Source: Verrucomicrobiales bacterium
GTDB lineage: Bacteria > Verrucomicrobiota > Verrucomicrobiia > Verrucomicrobiales > Verrucomicrobiaceae
Length of the DNA: 64,000 nt
NCBI GenBank assembly: GCA_043770175.1
Contig: JAYVIO010000332.1
Span: forward strand, 2,213 to 66,212
Direction of reading: 5' to 3'
Part shown: one piece after another, positions 62,803 through 64,000 of the stretch
Layout: the number at the start of each line of letters is the position of its first letter
Position numbering within the stretch: the stretch's first letter is position 1
Made by a program: the position numbers and the translations under genes
Notes under the pieces: generated by a model
Told to the model about the DNA's origin: nothing
Databases searched by the model: none
What the model saw: the letters and a program-made list of their open reading frames with translations, nothing else

Positions 62803-64000
62803 ATGTCTCCAGTTACCATCTATGACACCACCCTGCGTGACGGCACGCAAGGCACCGGCATCTCCTTCAGCACCCTCGATAAAATCCGCGTCGCCGAAAA
62901 ACTCGACGACTTCGGCGTGCATTACATCGAAGGCGGCTGGCCCGGCTCAAACCCCAAGGACGCGGCCTTCTTTGAAGAAGCCGCCAAACGTTCTTGGAAA
63001 ACCGCTAAGATCACCGCCTTCGGCATGACCCGCCGCGGCAAGATGAAGGTCGAGGACGATCCTCAGGTCAAAATGCTCCTTGATGCCAAAACCCCCGCCG
63101 TAACCGTCGTCGGCAAAACGTGGGCACTGCATGTCACCGAGGTCTTCCAGGTCAGTCTGGAAGAAAATCTCGCGATGATCGCCGATACCGTGGCCTACTT
63201 GAAAAAACATGGCCGCGAAGTGCTCTACGATGCCGAGCACTTCTTCGACAGCTTCAAGGAAGACCCGGAATACTCGCTCAAAACCGTCAAAGCCGCGCAG
63301 GATGCCGGTGCTGACCTCATCGTGCTCTGCGAAACGAATGGCGGCGCATTGCCCGAGTTCGTCGAAGACACCACACGCAAGGTCATCGCGCATCTCGGCC
63401 GCCCTGTCGGCATCCACACGCACAATGACGGTGGAGTCGGCGTCGCCAATGCGCTTGCCGCCGTGCGCGCCGGTGCCTGTCAGGTACAAGGCACCATCAA
63501 CGGCTACGGTGAACGCGTGGGGAATTGCAACCTCACCACCATCATGCCAGCACTCCAGCTCAAGATGGGCGTCGAACTTGGCCTCGATCTCACACGATTG
63601 CGCGAACTGGCCCACTTTGTTGATGAACTCGCCAACGTGCCGCATGACATCCGTGCGCCGTATGTCGGCCTCGCCGCATTCACCCACAAAGGCGGCCTGC
63701 ATGTGCATGCGGTGCAGAAACTCGCCCGCACCTACGAACACGTCGATCCCGCGCTCGTCGGCAACCAGCGCATCATCAGCATCTCCGACATGTCCGGCCA
63801 GTCGAACGTGCTCGTCAAAGCCGAGGGCATGGGTTTCAAGTTCGCCAAGGGCGATCCCAAGGTTCAATCCATCCTCGCCGAGGTCAAACGCCTCGAAAGC
63901 GAAGGCTGCGAGTTCGAAGCGGCTGAAGCATCGTTCGAAATGCTCATCCGTAAACAACTCGGTCAATACCAGCCGCTGTTCGATCTCATCGAGTATCATT
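62803..64000 (+). CDS. cimA: Citramalate synthase (partial; runs off the right edge)
   Basis: YDTTLRDGTQG, YIEGGWPGSNPKD, YDAEHFFD, HTHNDGG and GERVGNCNL motifs of bacterial CimA; not in the ORF track because no stop lies in the window. Confidence 0.9.
   Translation, partial: MSPVTIYDTTLRDGTQGTGISFSTLDKIRVAEKLDDFGVHYIEGGWPGSNPKDAAFFEEAAKRSWKTAKITAFGMTRRGKMKVEDDPQVKMLLDAKTPAVTVVGKTWALHVTEVFQVSLEENLAMIADTVAYLKKHGREVLYDAEHFFDSFKEDPEYSLKTVKAAQDAGADLIVLCETNGGALPEFVEDTTRKVIAHLGRPVGIHTHNDGGVGVANALAAVRAGACQVQGTINGYGERVGNCNLTTIMPALQLKMGVELGLDLTRLRELAHFVDELANVPHDIRAPYVGLAAFTHKGGLHVHAVQKLARTYEHVDPALVGNQRIISISDMSGQSNVLVKAEGMGFKFAKGDPKVQSILAEVKRLESEGCEFEAAEASFEMLIRKQLGQYQPLFDLIEYH

Overview
GC-rich bacterial chromosome segment. 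Gene content and protein style suggest Verrucomicrobiota (Verrucomicrobiaceae/Prosthecobacter-like); this is an inference, not a database result. Most of the window is housekeeping: ribF, rdgB, the tRNA-Thr–tuf–tRNA-Trp–secE–nusG–rplKAJL–rpoBC cluster (minus strand), miaA, aroB, smc, prmC, a 2-oxoacid dehydrogenase E1a/E1b/E2 cluster, hldD, trpA–dapF–dapA, moeA, an ECF sigma/anti-sigma pair, and the 5' part of cimA. The main accessory region is a ~9 kb island (about 29.7–38.8 kb) with no integrase. It begins with an antitoxin-like gene and a PIN-toxin-like stub. Next come three co-oriented genes for secreted proteins: an 887-aa repeat protein, an 832-aa protein with a thrice-repeated DYAxx(N/T)xGQ(L/A)K N-terminal motif and a low-GC C-terminus, and a translationally coupled low-GC partner. 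A phased 9 x 21-nt ATGAnnTCAT array follows, then a divergent Fn3-protein plus collagen/tail-fibre-like gene pair. This may be an undescribed fibre-based polymorphic effector/immunity or adhesin system. Other notable items: an Ile/Leu-rich leader peptide with an overlapping hairpin upstream of cimA, a HipA-like kinase–DUF3037 pair coupled to prmC, two DnaA boxes before smc, a perfect palindrome inside the smc ORF, a GC-mosaic Ser/Thr kinase, and several intergenic palindromic and short-tandem repeats.
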